Below, piece after piece: positions 48,401 through 57,622 of a stretch of DNA of 64,000 nucleotides; within the stretch, counting starts at the first letter, position 1; each line of letters starts with the position of its first letter. The position numbers and the translations under genes are program-made. Location of the stretch: contig OZ024743.1 of NCBI GenBank assembly GCA_964016885.1, positions 316,324,001 to 316,388,000 on the forward strand. The letters run 5' to 3'. The DNA comes from Eledone cirrhosa. Its lineage: Eukaryota. Below the pieces are notes generated by a model, which made no database searches, had not been told where the DNA came from, and saw only the letters and a program-made list of their open reading frames with translations.

Positions 48401-50484
48401 AGTTTTCCTGGAATATTTTAACATAATGCATGAAGATGGAGGAGAAAATAAGGGCAAGGAGGTAGGTGAGAGGGGAAGTAGAGGTCAAAGCACAGTAGGT
48501 AAGCCTATTATAGGATCTACAGAATTAACCCCTGTTACAACAGGGAAAATGGCCTGGAAATGCCTGTTGTATACAGAAGCGTAACTAAGGTGTGGCAAGC
48601 ATGACATGTGCCATGGGTGCCACTTAGACTAAGAGCACTTTCTTGTCAGATATTAATGTCATATAAGCTATCATCAGAGAGTGAAAAAAGAAACTCCTTT
48701 AGATGTATGATCTGTCTTTGATTATCATGGATGAGATCCACTATGGTGGCTGGATCATTAAACCATTTATATAAATTATTAGGCCCATAGGTAAAAATAG
48801 AGTCCTGGGTAGGGGCGCAATTTCACTGCTTGCCATAGGCGCTATTTTTCCCTAGCTATACCTCTGATTGTGCATAATGCATCAAAGACTTCAATAACTA
48901 ATGTGTCTTTCCCTCTTTTTTTTTTTTAATAAGAAGATCTGGCTGCTAGCTTTTCATGAATGATGCATTTAGGGCCACATTAAAAATGTTAGTACATATT
49001 GGATAAAGTTTAGTAAGATAGAATTTGAGGAGGCTTTCATAATGAAATGGACACAAGTGAAAATGGAGGCAGAATTGCTGGTTCAATTCCACATTGCAAT
49101 TACCTCCAGCCCATGGCAATAACTTGGAAATAATTTCAGCTTCAACCCTTTTATAACTATACTTCTAATGAAATACACTTATTTCAATTAATTAAAGAAT
49201 TTTGAGAGATTTACTAGAATTGTTTATCATTTTATTACTAAGATAGTAACTTAATATATAGTTCGTATATAAAATCATGTTGAAAGATTTTAATTTAAAT
49301 ATAAACCCTTAAAAATGTGTATCTTTCCATAAAACCAAGGGTGGTATCAGGACTGTATTTTTAATTAAAATCTAATTACTCTTCCAAATAACTTTCAAGA
49401 TAATTATTGGAAATAAATCTTTGAAGAAAATGAAAATATCTCGTCCGATCTACCAGATTCATTTAGATTTATACCTTATATATACATATATATATATATA
49501 TATATAATATTAATAAATGGAAACTATCTTTATAAAACCATATTTATTTTATTATATATATTTCAAGGGTACCGAAATTTTGGTACGCTCTCATCAGATA
49601 AAATACAAAAGTTGTTTTACAGATAGTGACATATTCAAACTAGAACTTAAAAAGAATAGTTTTACGCAGCCGAAATACTTAGAAATGTTTTCGTAACTAA
49701 AAACAACTCTGGAAAACATTAAATAGGCAGCATTAAGATCTTTATCATTTAAAAACGTGAACCGAGTGTCTTTATGTTTTGCAGCCAAAACCTAGAGATT
49801 AACACAAAGATATAAATATATATTCATTTTATTAAAGCTAAATAGTGAGTCTTGTTACTCTGGAGTTTTGCCTGTTTATCACAGGGTCATCAGACAAGAA
49901 CTTGTTTGGTGACCCTGTAATAAACAGGTGAAACTCCAGAGTAACAAGACTCGCGATTTAGTCTTAATAAAATGAATATTAAAACTCTACTTCGGTATTG
50001 AGTTCTTTCTCTCAACCGTCAACCACATACAGATGTTTTAGTGCACCTGAGCACAGTACACAATAATTTCATTATTATTATTATTATATATATATATAAA
50101 TTATAACCCTTTTCATACCAAACGTTCAATCTTTTATGTTATGTTCCAAATACCAGCTTAATTATGAGAAAATTAGTGATATCATTAAATCTGTCTATTT
50201 TCTTAATTATTTTCTAAATTGTTTGAAAATTATAAGCAGTGTCTTTCATTAGAAATATTAGTAACGAATGGGTTCAAAGTTAGAATATTTCAAACTACGG
50301 TGGGAACCATTAAAAACCACGTGGAATGTCGATCGAGGCTAAACATTAAAACAGAAGAATAGGAATTGAAATATTTTCACTGCAGGAACCAGATTTAAAT
50401 CAATCAATAAATAGAAGAAATACAAAAGATACATACTTTGGAACTTTCGGTTTTTACAGTAGTAGAATATTTTCGTTTAGTCAT
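4188..50484 (-). CDS. NOL6: Nucleolar protein 6 (NOL6/Nrap/Utp22), 23 coding exons, ~1117 aa
   Basis: Manually joined exons all have GT donors, AG acceptors and consistent phases (total 3354 nt). Family motifs: [99 protein letters not shown]. Confidence 0.95.
4631..4828. repeat. ~200-nt inverted repeat in the last NOL6 intron
   Basis: cccttcctgatacaaacccttttagtcacttctta...taagaagtgactaaaagggtttgtgtcaggaaggg. Confidence 0.85.
4888..4989 (-). CDS. NOL6: NOL6 exon 22 (EAFGHLAYFYSD...IGALWRP...FK)
   Basis: Acceptor ttgcag, donor gtaggt, 102 nt. Confidence 0.93.
5629..5844. mobile_element. piggyBac-like MITE (TTAA-CCCTTTAGCAT TIR family)
   Basis: TTAA flanks and terminal inverted repeats. Other copies at 11504-11719 (opposite orientation) and 40759-40959. 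Confidence 0.75.
5932..6117 (-). CDS. NOL6: NOL6 exon 21 ([11 protein letters not shown]...[17 protein letters not shown])
   Basis: Acceptor gtctag, donor gtacgt, 186 nt. Confidence 0.9.
7588..7796 (-). CDS. NOL6: NOL6 exon 20 ([14 protein letters not shown]...SFWT...DLR)
   Basis: Acceptor ttatag, donor gtgagg, 209 nt. Confidence 0.92.
8848..8945 (-). CDS. NOL6: NOL6 exon 19 ([14 protein letters not shown]...NLNNE)
   Basis: Acceptor tattag, donor gtcagt, 98 nt. Confidence 0.93.
9172..9585. repeat. 96-bp higher-order tandem repeat (two alternating 48-mers) derived from the SINE body
   Basis: Period 96 (9221, 9317, 9413, 9509). Confidence 0.9.
9929..10081 (-). CDS. NOL6: NOL6 exon 18 ([12 protein letters not shown]...IELLVASLF)
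   Basis: Acceptor ctctag, donor gtaagt, 153 nt. Confidence 0.94.
10975..11135 (-). CDS. NOL6: NOL6 exon 17 (DGVMFQL...PKLTSVLRG)
   Basis: Acceptor gtttag, donor gtgagt, 161 nt. Confidence 0.9.
11504..11719. mobile_element. piggyBac-like MITE copy
   Basis: ttaaccctttagcatt...atgctaaagggttaa. Confidence 0.8.
11782..11936 (-). CDS. NOL6: NOL6 exon 16 (VLCMAG...YLDVLL)
   Basis: Acceptor ttgcag, donor gtaagt, 155 nt. Confidence 0.9.
12789..13172 (+). mobile_element. tRNA-derived SINE, same family
   Basis: Colinear with 20806-21190. Confidence 0.85.
14252..14360 (-). CDS. NOL6: NOL6 exon 15 (VFPVV...CPPYCPVVT)
   Basis: Uncommon GAG acceptor after a ctgac branch site and pyrimidine tract, donor gtaagg, 109 nt, phases fit. 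Confidence 0.85.
14895..15123 (-). CDS. NOL6: NOL6 exon 14 (GTGEEA...[12 protein letters not shown])
   Basis: Acceptor ttccag, donor gtacta, 229 nt. Confidence 0.92.
16314..16465 (-). CDS. NOL6: NOL6 exon 13 ([28 protein letters not shown])
   Basis: Signature Nrap motif, acceptor tcctag, donor gtaagt, 152 nt. Confidence 0.95.
17058..17177 (-). CDS. NOL6: NOL6 exon 12 (WSVTEEPP...[11 protein letters not shown])
   Basis: Acceptor ctgtag, donor gtaagt, 120 nt. Confidence 0.92.
17634..17669 (-). ncRNA. Inverted partner of the U3-A8 minimal hammerhead (NOL6 sense, intron 11)
   Basis: Minus strand CTT-TTGAAAA-GCGG(aagaa)CTGC-GAAA-CCGG-TA-AAG. The stem II change gives a G-U pair. Confidence 0.7.
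18563..18598 (+). ncRNA. Minimal hammerhead, U3-A8 covariant core
   Basis: CTT-TTGAAAA-GCAG(aagaa)CTGC-GAAA-CCGG-TA-AAG. The C3-G8 pair is replaced by U3-A8, as known for PLE hammerheads. Confidence 0.7.
18682..19397 (+). mobile_element. RTE-type LINE 3' fragment
   Basis: FRYLGD...[12 protein letters not shown]...MLHGSETW...RRLRWYGHV...GRPRKTW, (ATG)n tail. Confidence 0.9.
20208..20385 (-). CDS. NOL6: NOL6 exon 11
   Basis: Acceptor ttgcag, donor gtaagc, 178 nt, phase 2-0, LLDFGGSYV...LSKRV. Confidence 0.87.
20806..21190 (+). mobile_element. Full-length tRNA-derived SINE
   Basis: A box TGGCTTAGTGG, B box GAGTTCAATTC, central cttgagcaagacac domain, RTE-shared 3' end and (ATG)n tail. Confidence 0.85.
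21968..22083 (-). CDS. NOL6: NOL6 exon 10 ([13 protein letters not shown]...YDQIF)
   Basis: Acceptor ttccag, donor gtaagt, 116 nt. Confidence 0.9.
22285..23118 (+). mobile_element. RTE-type LINE 3' fragment with SINE-shared tail
   Basis: GWKKFRELL...LHGSETW...RWYGHVMRM, frameshifted, (GAT)n end. Confidence 0.85.
23620..23946. repeat. ~37-bp minisatellite
   Basis: ggatatggtgtacctattctaaactgaatatatacaa repeated ~9 times. Confidence 0.9.
23989..24152 (-). CDS. NOL6: NOL6 exon 9 (NWAKDGI...[13 protein letters not shown])
   Basis: Acceptor cttcag, donor gtaagg, 164 nt. Confidence 0.92.
25218..25338 (-). CDS. NOL6: NOL6 exon 8 ([17 protein letters not shown]...MSSYQVFR)
   Basis: Acceptor ttacag, donor gtaact, 121 nt. 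Confidence 0.93.
25385..25655. repeat. ~95-bp tandem repeat, three copies
   Basis: tacaagtttagctggcct...gttttaa.gatagggtcccc repeated. Confidence 0.8.
26848..27023 (-). CDS. NOL6: NOL6 exon 7 ([13 protein letters not shown]...[15 protein letters not shown])
   Basis: Acceptor tttcag, donor gtgaat, 176 nt. Confidence 0.93.
27705..27857 (-). ncRNA. Mirror copy of the PLE hammerhead (NOL6 sense strand)
   Basis: Reverse complement of 38383-38545 with one fewer 10-nt unit in stem II. Core intact. Confidence 0.78.
28953..29290 (+). mobile_element. RTE/SINE 3' end with (GAT)n tail, left palindrome arm only
   Basis: Nearly the same sequence as 22800-23118, ending aacccatgctagcgtggaagaacggacgtaaaacgg(tga)n. 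Confidence 0.75.
29651..30260 (-). mobile_element. Bipartite non-autonomous RTE derivative (5' UTR plus 3' end), copy 1
   Basis: RTE-type 5' UTR motif (tctaggagaaggaaaactctg) is joined to a C-terminal zinc finger [22 protein letters not shown]-stop (29791-29711), a short 3' UTR and a (TGTA)n tail. Confidence 0.65.
30378..30988 (-). mobile_element. Bipartite non-autonomous RTE derivative, copy 2
   Basis: Same boundaries as copy 1, with ~12 substitutions in ~610 nt. Confidence 0.65.
32239..33539 (-). pseudogene. Inverted partial copy of the PLE ORF (RT thumb plus GIY-YIG)
   Basis: Reverse complement of 34226-35526 with only ~3 substitutions seen (e.g. TRNKH vs TCNKH). Confidence 0.9.
33627..35526 (+). 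CDS. PLE polyprotein, 5'-truncated: reverse transcriptase plus GIY-YIG endonuclease
   Basis: Open frame with LKDHK...[30 protein letters not shown], linker [18 protein letters not shown]...YIG...[19 protein letters not shown]. It has no true start codon and begins at the inversion junction. Confidence 0.9.
36680..38130. repeat. Complex (TA/TG)n microsatellite inside the PLE 3' region, mirrored at ~28100-31080
   Basis: Low-complexity sequence that produces the spurious YIYV/CVCV ORFs. Confidence 0.9.
38383..38545 (+). ncRNA. Type I hammerhead ribozyme of the PLE, long stem II, palindromic minimal stem III
   Basis: TTCATTATTT-CTGAAGA-[124-nt hairpin: ggcatatgtatgtgtt/aacacatatatgtc, ggtatgtata/tatacatacc]-GAAA-CGATCG-TT-AAATAATGAA, with a perfect 10-bp stem I. 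Confidence 0.78.
38626..39378 (+). mobile_element. RTE-type LINE 3' fragment
   Basis: [15 protein letters not shown]...RRLRWYGHV...GRPRKTW, (GAT)n tail, followed by a copy of tagcagatgacacaaa(TA)n also found at 27463. Confidence 0.85.
39445..39990 (+). mobile_element. Decayed RTE-type LINE fragment
   Basis: [13 protein letters not shown]...[22 protein letters not shown]. Confidence 0.8.
40225..40353 (-). CDS. NOL6: NOL6 exon 6 (DAKDRYEV...KSNVRQDWF)
   Basis: Acceptor ttccag, donor gtatga, 129 nt, phase 1-1. Confidence 0.88.
40759..40959. mobile_element. piggyBac-like MITE copy
   Basis: Colinear with 5629-5844. Confidence 0.7.
42242..42410 (-). CDS. NOL6: NOL6 exon 5 ([21 protein letters not shown]...KPIL)
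   Basis: Acceptor ttaaag, donor gtaaga, 169 nt. Confidence 0.93.
43551..43733 (-). CDS. NOL6: NOL6 exon 4 (IDDQEW...IIGSF...VDLAVKIPK)
   Basis: Acceptor ttctag, donor gtacgt, 183 nt, nucleotidyltransferase-like GS...VD motif. Confidence 0.9.
45755..45871 (-). CDS. NOL6: NOL6 exon 3 (IKELLSEVK...GDTYQ)
   Basis: Acceptor ctaaag, donor gtaagt, 117 nt. Confidence 0.9.
45968..46520. repeat. 28-bp minisatellite
   Basis: ccatacagatatcactgtacaatatata units. Confidence 0.9.
47597..47728 (-). CDS. NOL6: NOL6 exon 2 (KKLEQ...[25 protein letters not shown])
   Basis: Acceptor ctgcag, donor gtaagt, 132 nt, conserved N-terminal NOL6 motif. Confidence 0.9.
48574..48866. mobile_element. hAT-like MITE
   Basis: Imperfect TIRs cagaagcgtaactaagg / cctagctatacctctg and a decayed 8-bp flank (gttgtata / attgtgca). 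Confidence 0.5.
49545..49605 (-). ncRNA. Intact minimal type I hammerhead ribozyme in NOL6 intron 1 (sense)
   Basis: Minus strand reads TATTTTAT-CTGATGA-gagcgtacc(aaaatttc)ggtaccctt-GAAA-TATATA-TA-ATAAAATA: 8-bp stem I, canonical core, palindromic stem III. Confidence 0.8.
49820..49979. ncRNA. 79-bp-arm hairpin formed by two inverted, mutated hammerheads
   Basis: Consensus CTTGT-CTGATGA-cCCTG(tgataaa)CAGGc-GAAA-CTC(ca)GAG-TA-ACAAG. The minus copy 49851-49898 has GAAA>AAAA and the plus copy 49901-49948 has TTGGTGA. Confidence 0.65.
50437..50484 (-). CDS. NOL6: NOL6 exon 1 ([16 protein letters not shown])
   Basis: ATG at 50484, 16 codons, donor AAA|gtatgt, phase 0 matches exon 2. Sequence is not conserved, so the start is inferred. 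Confidence 0.7.
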
Positions 50485-50600
50485 AATAAATATTTGTTGG
50501 AGAAGAGACAGTCGGAAAGTTTGTATGGTGTCATATAAAACGGTGTCACCTCAGAATAGTCTCTATTTTAGTAAAGGGGGGGGGGATATATTCTTTTAAC
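50485..50600 (-). promoter_or_regulatory. Probable NOL6 5' UTR / core promoter
   Basis: Unique non-repeat sequence directly upstream of the inferred ATG, with pyrimidine-rich initiator-like stretches (ctttcc, ctcttctcc). The TSS cannot be determined. Confidence 0.3.
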
Positions 50601-51779
50601 TCCTATGTGAACGTGTAGGTGTGGAGTTCGCTTTGCCTTTACATGGTTGTAGGCTCTGTTCCGCTGTGCAGCACTTTGACCAAGTGTCTTCTACTATAGC
50701 TTCAGGATGACCGATGCCACGTGAATAGAATTTGGTAAACGGAAACTGCAGAAGCTGTTAGATGTTCGGCCGCCCTCCTGTCTCTGCTTTTCAGCCCCAT
50801 GGATTTTGTCTATTATATTCCTTTGTTAAATTTCGAATACCTGATGATGTCACCGATTCATACTGAACCTGGTCACTAAAATAATCATAGTATAATAAAC
50901 CTTTTAAGGAATTACACCAGTTCAGCCTCCTGTTATTTTATAATAATTAACTCCGTACTCGCACTACCAACAACACAAATGAGTTGCATTACGTCGAGTG
51001 CTCTCCCTACTATTACATCGAGGTTGACCATACGGAATGACCAGTTCTATCCAGTGGTGAACCAACAAACCTAAATAAATATATATATATATATATATGA
51101 AGTATTTCCGTCGGAAAGGTACAGAAAAAAAGAGTGCTCTATGTAGACTACAATACTAAAAAGAGTGCTCTATGTAGGCTAAAACACCATGTTATTTATT
51201 CATTCAGACGACTGAAGACAGACATAACATCTGCCTTCAAGAAACCACTGGTAAATGAAATAATTATCTTATGTTGTTTATTACATAACTAAATATATAT
51301 ATCCCGGGTTCAATCGGGTTGTAACCACAGTAAGGTATTCAATACATTTTAGAGTATAGATATTTAATATAGAAATGGCTTCTACAGGACTAGAATTGTT
51401 TCATTCGACGGAATATATATATATATATATATATAATCATTATCATCACCGTTTAACGTCTATTTTCCATACTTACTTGGACCAGGCGTTAGACAAGCTG
51501 TCACGCGTACTGAGGGTCTGTTTTTGACTACTAGCTCATTACAAATAAGGGTGCTCATGTGTCCTTGGCCTGGCTAGGGAAGCATTTATGTGAGTGGAGC
51601 AGGTTATATTCTGCTTGCCGTGAAAGCAGGTGACTTTGAAAACAAGTGGATGTTCCCTGACATATTGTAGGGTGATTAAGGGAGGGAGATCAACAGAAGT
51701 TGGTGAAAGCTAGTGTCCCCTACATGTTTCTTTCATTCTGTGCATATGGGTAGGAGAGTGGGTCTTCTGCAATATAGCA

Positions 51780-52610
51780 TAATGTTTGTGTGTTATCACT
51801 TTTGTAAAGTTTAATTGGGCTGGGTCAGCTTATATCATTTCATCCCAAGTTTTCCTAGGTCTTTTTCTTCCATAGTTTCCGTCAACTTTGAGCTTCCTCC
51901 ATCTTTTTATACAGCTGTCATCCTCCATATGCATCAATACTACCACAATTTCCTCTCCTGCATACTGCATTTGACCCTTCTTGTACGTAGTTACTCAATT
52001 CATTGACGCTACACCATTCATGCACACTACAATTGCACAACCATCGAAGCATGCAAGTTTCATTTCTTTCCAAGCTTTGTATGTCTTCTGCAAACTGTAC
52101 CCTGGTTGCACTTCCATGTAACATTGCAATTTGTACACAAGCATCATACAATCTGCCTTTCATTTTGAGGGAAAGACCTTTTTGTAGCTAGCAGCAGTAG
52201 TAGCTCCCGGGACTTTTTCCATCCTGTTTTCACTCTGACTACTGTACTTTCAGAATACCCACCTCCACAGCTAATTTGGTCACCAGGGTAACAAAAACTA
52301 TCAACTACTTCTCAGAGCCTTCTGGGCATTTAAAGAAACTTGTTTCCTGTGTGCTCTTGCTTCTTACTCTTCCTGTGCATTGACCACATTCAAAACTTAC
52401 ATTCTTTGCTAGCTTACCTGACATTACACTACACCTCTTGTGTACCCATAATTTGGGACATAGGATGGAATTTCTACCCACTTCTCTCCTAAACAGCGAG
52501 CAAGACCATTTTTCTGAAGAGATCTGGGTCCTGTTTTGCTTTCTACTTACTAGGACTTTAGTCATTGCCAAGTTGACTTTAAGACCTTTTGATTCCAAGT
52601 TTTGCTTCCA
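51780..52610 (-). mobile_element. Decayed RTE-type LINE fragment
   Basis: [10 protein letters not shown]...WVHKRC...KGRLYDACV...MLHGS...LERNE. Confidence 0.8.
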
Positions 52611-55259
52611 GATATAGATATATATACATATACATGAGTGTATCCAAACTGATGGTAAATGTTGATGATCATATACATAAATGCAGATATATACATGTAT
52701 GAGTAAAAAATTCACACCAGACAAATGAAGGAGAATGAAAACTTGCAGAAAATTTGCCCCTCATCAATTGTCTACTGAGTGTCTTTATAGTTCCAGGTGC
52801 TTATATACAAAATGCTATCTTTAAGATAGCATGTTAGTACTAGTAAATTATCATAGAGTTAAATGGAAGAAGAGGAAATGTAGGAAAACAGAATAATATA
52901 AAAATGGTAAGAAGTGAAAAAAAAAATTTTGAGAATGGTATTTGAATAAAGTACTAATTTAATGCGGTATGGTATGGAGCCATAACTCCTGTTGCAGTCA
53001 TATAGGCAGTGTAGTGGAATACAGCATTTCTAGGTCCTTTTTAAACCTGGCAGAGCTCATCCCTCTCCAGGCCTGAATACAGCAGATTTCTTCCAGAGAA
53101 GGATAGAAAGTAGGTGCTTTTGTTTCATAGAATAAGAGTCAGTTTGGAGCAGGTTGGTAAGAAAAGGGTTGCATGTGTGTATTAAACTGTAATTTTTGAT
53201 GGAGTCGTAGGGGCACCATAGTGACATGGGTATTTTACACATGGTGGAGCCTATCTCTTCTCCAGGCCTCATCATAGCCAATGTTTTCCAGAGAAAGAGA
53301 TATAGAGGAAGAATTCACCCCAGTACTAGACAGCTACTTTTCTTATTGACCTCAAAAAATTGAAGACAAAGTTTACCTCAGCGGGATTACTGCAAAGCAT
53401 TTTATATGATGTTCTAATAGCTCTGCCAATTCTCTGTCTTACATTTAATGGAGACAAAGTAAAAAGATAGCTAAACAGTGTCAACTGTAATTTCCATCCG
53501 ACTTGTACTACATTTAATAATCTGTTGTCAAGGGAAATCTTAATAGCTGATAGATGTTTGTAGGTAAATAATTAATTATTCACATCATTTTTGGACTTAA
53601 TAACTTGCAGGAAAGAAGACTTCTTTGGCATGCAAGAAAGAAGATTTCATGGTACAGACATGTGATGTGTATGGATGATGATTACTAGGTGAAGAAGTCC
53701 CAGGAAAACCCAGTGGTAGAAAGCCACAGTAGAGGTAGACCAAGGAATATCTGGGCAGAGATTGTGAGAGCTGATCTTAAATCACTGAGACTCACAGAGG
53801 AGATAACGAAGGAACGTGATGAGTGGAGAGATGCTGTGCTGAAAAGGACCTGTCCAATCCATGCAAGCATAGATAAACATGTAAAAACGATAATGATGAT
53901 ATCTATACATAAAACTATTTTCCCTCCACATCTCAGTAAAATATATGTAAAATGGCTGCAGATAGGAAGGACTTCCAGCTAGAAACCTTGCTAAACAAAG
54001 AACTGAGAGGTCTCTTAATTGTTTCAAAGACAGGACAAGCTCCCTAGTGCTCCTGCCATGATAAAATGCACCCAGTACACTCTGTAAAGTGGCCAATGTG
54101 AGAAACTATGTCGAACAAAGCATTAAGAAAACTCTCTCAGTTGTATCAGTGACTTGACAACCTCCTATGTGTGTGTTGGTTCCATGATAAAATACATACT
54201 TTATACTCTGTAAAGTGTTTGATGTTAGAAAGAGCATCCAGCTGTAGAAACCTAGCTCTACCTCTATCATCATCATCATCATCATCTTCATTTAACGTCC
54301 ATTTTCCACGCTAGCATGGGTTAGACGGGAGTTGTCACACTTGAGGCAAGGTTGGTCGGGTGACCATGTCTCGCTCATATAGGACTATCTGGCAGGTTTT
54401 CTACGGCTGGATGCCCTTCCTAACACCAACCACATTTACAGTGTGGAACTGGGAATTTTTTACCGTGTTACCTACATGGCCACATTACAGCGTGGACTGT
54501 GTGTGTTTTTTTGTCGTGACACCTACACGAACTCGATCTCATTTTCTCGTGCTGTTGGTGGGATGGGAGGAGAGGGTAGGGGTAGTGGATTGGGGTGTAT
54601 ATTTGGTTAAGAGGTGCCTACTGACTGTATATATCTACCTATCTGTGACCACTATCATCATCATCATCATCATCACTATATTCTGCCAGCATGATCTAAA
54701 GAGCTCTATTTTCTGTTGGTATGTAGGAAATAAAACAAAAACAATTATAATTTCTTTAATGACTTGGGTTTTTTTGGTTTTTTTATGTTGTGTTGTACAA
54801 ACTAGACTTCTCAGTGCATGGCATCACATCGTCTAAGTGGATAGCTTGAGGTTTTAAAGTTGAGAGATGACGAGAGAAGGTGGACCACAGCCTATTATGT
54901 TGTGAGGTTGTAGTCACTGCAGATAATACTAGCTTTATTATATAGAAACTACATAATATGACAGCTGCAGCTTGATAACATTTGTCTTCCTCATTTGGTG
55001 GCTGTTTTGATCCAGTTAGTATGCTAGTTTGGGAAGGTGGGTGGTCCACATTCAGTTTGCCAAACTTAGGGGGTTGGTCATGAGTTAATTTAGCAGGAGT
55101 CATGGGTACAGGTTGGCATTTGGTTTAGACTGTTTGCTAAGCGTGTGTGGACTGATTGGAGCAATAACAGTCTTATTTACTTATATATGTATTTATATAT
55201 TGTATATATATGCTGTAGTTGTTGTCATTTTCATTATCCCTATAAGTAGTCAACAATTA

Positions 55260-57533
55260 ATTGGTCAACAATTTTTGAAAAGTTGTGTGCTTCTTAAATG
55301 AGATTATTTAATTCTTATGTATTTTCATGTCCTGAATCCAAATATCACCTTGATAAATGATATTTAGCTAAAGGCTTAAAGATACACGGCATGTAATATT
55401 TGATTATTTTATTATAACATATAATATGTGTCATTATGTTTTAAGATCTAGTCCATATCTACTCTCTGCCTTTTATTATTGACGCTTATAGTTGGCTGAA
55501 AAATAATCTTTTGTCCATGTCCAGCAATAATCTGCAAGCACTGTTGTGTTCCATTTGCCCTGGTATCATTTTTCCATAGTTGAAATATCTTGGTGAAACG
55601 TATCACCTTGTGCGTCACTAACTGCCCCACAGTTCGCTGGAAAAAATCTAAATGGGAGCCCAAAAAGTGGATTTTAAGTGACATGTTACATCCCATATTC
55701 TTGTAAGCCTTGATGAGGTTTTCACCAATTCTTCATAGTTCCTTTCCCTTCTGTTTCCGAGAAATCCCTTCGCCACTAACTTGAATGCTTTCCAAGCAGC
55801 TTTCTCCTCCCCATGAAGGACTGATTCAAAGTCACCATCTTTAAGAAGCTCTCAAATCTGAGGACCAATGAAGACTCCCTCTTTTATCTTAGCATTGCTC
55901 AGTGAGGGGAATTTTGATGTTAAAAAATTGAATGTTGACTGGATTTGTCATTAGCTTTTATAAAGATTTTGATGAGCCCCAGTTTTATATGTAGTGGTGG
56001 TAGCCAAATTTTGTTTGGTTCAGTGAGAGGAGGCTGTTGAACATTTTTCATCCCAGGCTCAATGATTGATGAGGTGGCCAGTCTCTCCTGTTATAGTGGG
56101 AACCTCTTGCATGGCTGTCCCATTCACACAGAAAGCAGCATTACTTGGTGTATCTGTCGTGGAGCTATTTGCATGGCATGTAACTATAATCTATTCGTGC
56201 GTGATTAGGTCACTGGTTGATCAATCGTGAGTCACACATGAATATCAACTTCCGCCGAAGCTCAAAGGTTTTCCCGCTTCTTTTGTTTTAACTACACACT
56301 TGCTGCCTTTGACTACGAAAAGTCAACAAGACGCCATCATGTAACGGTAAAATTTAACTTCGGCCTGTCTGGCCTCATATCGACCTTTACTTCTTTACTC
56401 TTAATTTGTTTGTTCATTTGCTTGACATGCCAGCTCAACCTTTGTAATCAGTTTGTAAATAGATTATGTAAAAACATTGTAAGGTGTTTTATGATGCTTA
56501 TACCATAGCCGCTGCCTTTGGATGTGATATGGGAAAAATCCTTTCCCAAGGTTCTTATCACTACAATAACAAATATACTTCTTTCATGGCTACAAAACTT
56601 ACAACCGAACTTACAACCGAACTTCACTTCAAAGTTACATTCATCCTTTATACGAACAATATTCACAAACAGCTAACATTGCCTCACACATAATATACCA
56701 TTACATTTCTCACGATAACAATATAGCAGTAACAACTCTTCATGTACAATCACCTATAACATGATTCCTCTTATTCTTATTATGCCAACATAGCATAATA
56801 AAGTTTCTTATTAATATATGCCAACACAGCATAATATTATCTTTCTGCTAAATATCAGCCCTGCAAGCCCATCACAAGAGCAACAACCTTTAAGTCAACA
56901 CACAGCTGCCATTGATGTTCACCATATTTTATGCATTGCAACATATGCTTTATATTCTCATAAGTTTCATTCATATGTGATGTATATCCCACACGAACTG
57001 ATGGTTCACTATTGCTATTATGCTACAAGACACCTTTCAGACTAGTTTTTCATGAATCTATGAACAGCCTCCAGTGACTGGCTTCGTATTCAATACCAAG
57101 TGCTTCCATCATACCATTAATATTGTTGCAGGCCAATAAATCGCCTTCCTTTATGAAGAAATTGCTGAACTGCTGCTGACAGTCATGAAATTTTGAAATC
57201 TTCACATCAGCTGTTAGGAGATTCCACTGTTGAAGATGAGAGCCTAGCAGCTCAGCCTCTTTTTTAGATAGTTGTAGATCCCTGACAAGGTCATGGAATT
57301 GCCCTTGTGTTATGAGATGTGGTCTAGAGGAATGTGCTTCATCAAAATTATATCATTCAGTAGGAAAATAAAATCAATATAAAATGCCTCACATGAATAT
57401 CAATAGCTTGCTCAATGAATATTTATTATAAGTTTAAAAAGTGTTTGACTAGGAAAATCATCTCAATATATAAACTTTCACTTCAATATATAAACTTGCA
57501 CAGCACAATCACCTCCAATTTGTTGAGCAGTGT
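55260..57533 (-). mobile_element. Chapaev3-like (CMC) DNA transposon fossil
   Basis: HLITQ...DLVRDLQLSKKEAELLGS, YTKxCCFLCEWDS, LPPLHIKLGL, KIKEGVFIGPQI, GCNMSLKIHFL.SHLDFF, RFHQDI...RYQGKW. Terminus cactgctcaacaa at 57533. Confidence 0.75.
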
Positions 57534-57622
57534 TTCCTATGGGTAAAAAGAAAGATTTTGTCATTTAATATCTATATATTTAGAATATAGAAGATATAAA
57601 AGCATATACGTGTGAGTGTGTG

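Noticed and set aside
49594-49788. [13 protein letters not shown]... as NOL6 first exon
   Set aside because: It has no true ATG and no suitable donor, and it runs into the hammerhead element. The 50484 exon fits better.
50842-51075. CTGATGA followed by nested hairpins before (TA)n
   Set aside because: No GAAA/UH half was found at the base of the stem, so it is at best a truncated relic.
51212-51259. CTGAAGA-caga/tctg-...GAAA-ccactgg-TA hammerhead-like string
   Set aside because: There is a 7-nt insertion before GAAA, and no stem I pairs directly next to the core.
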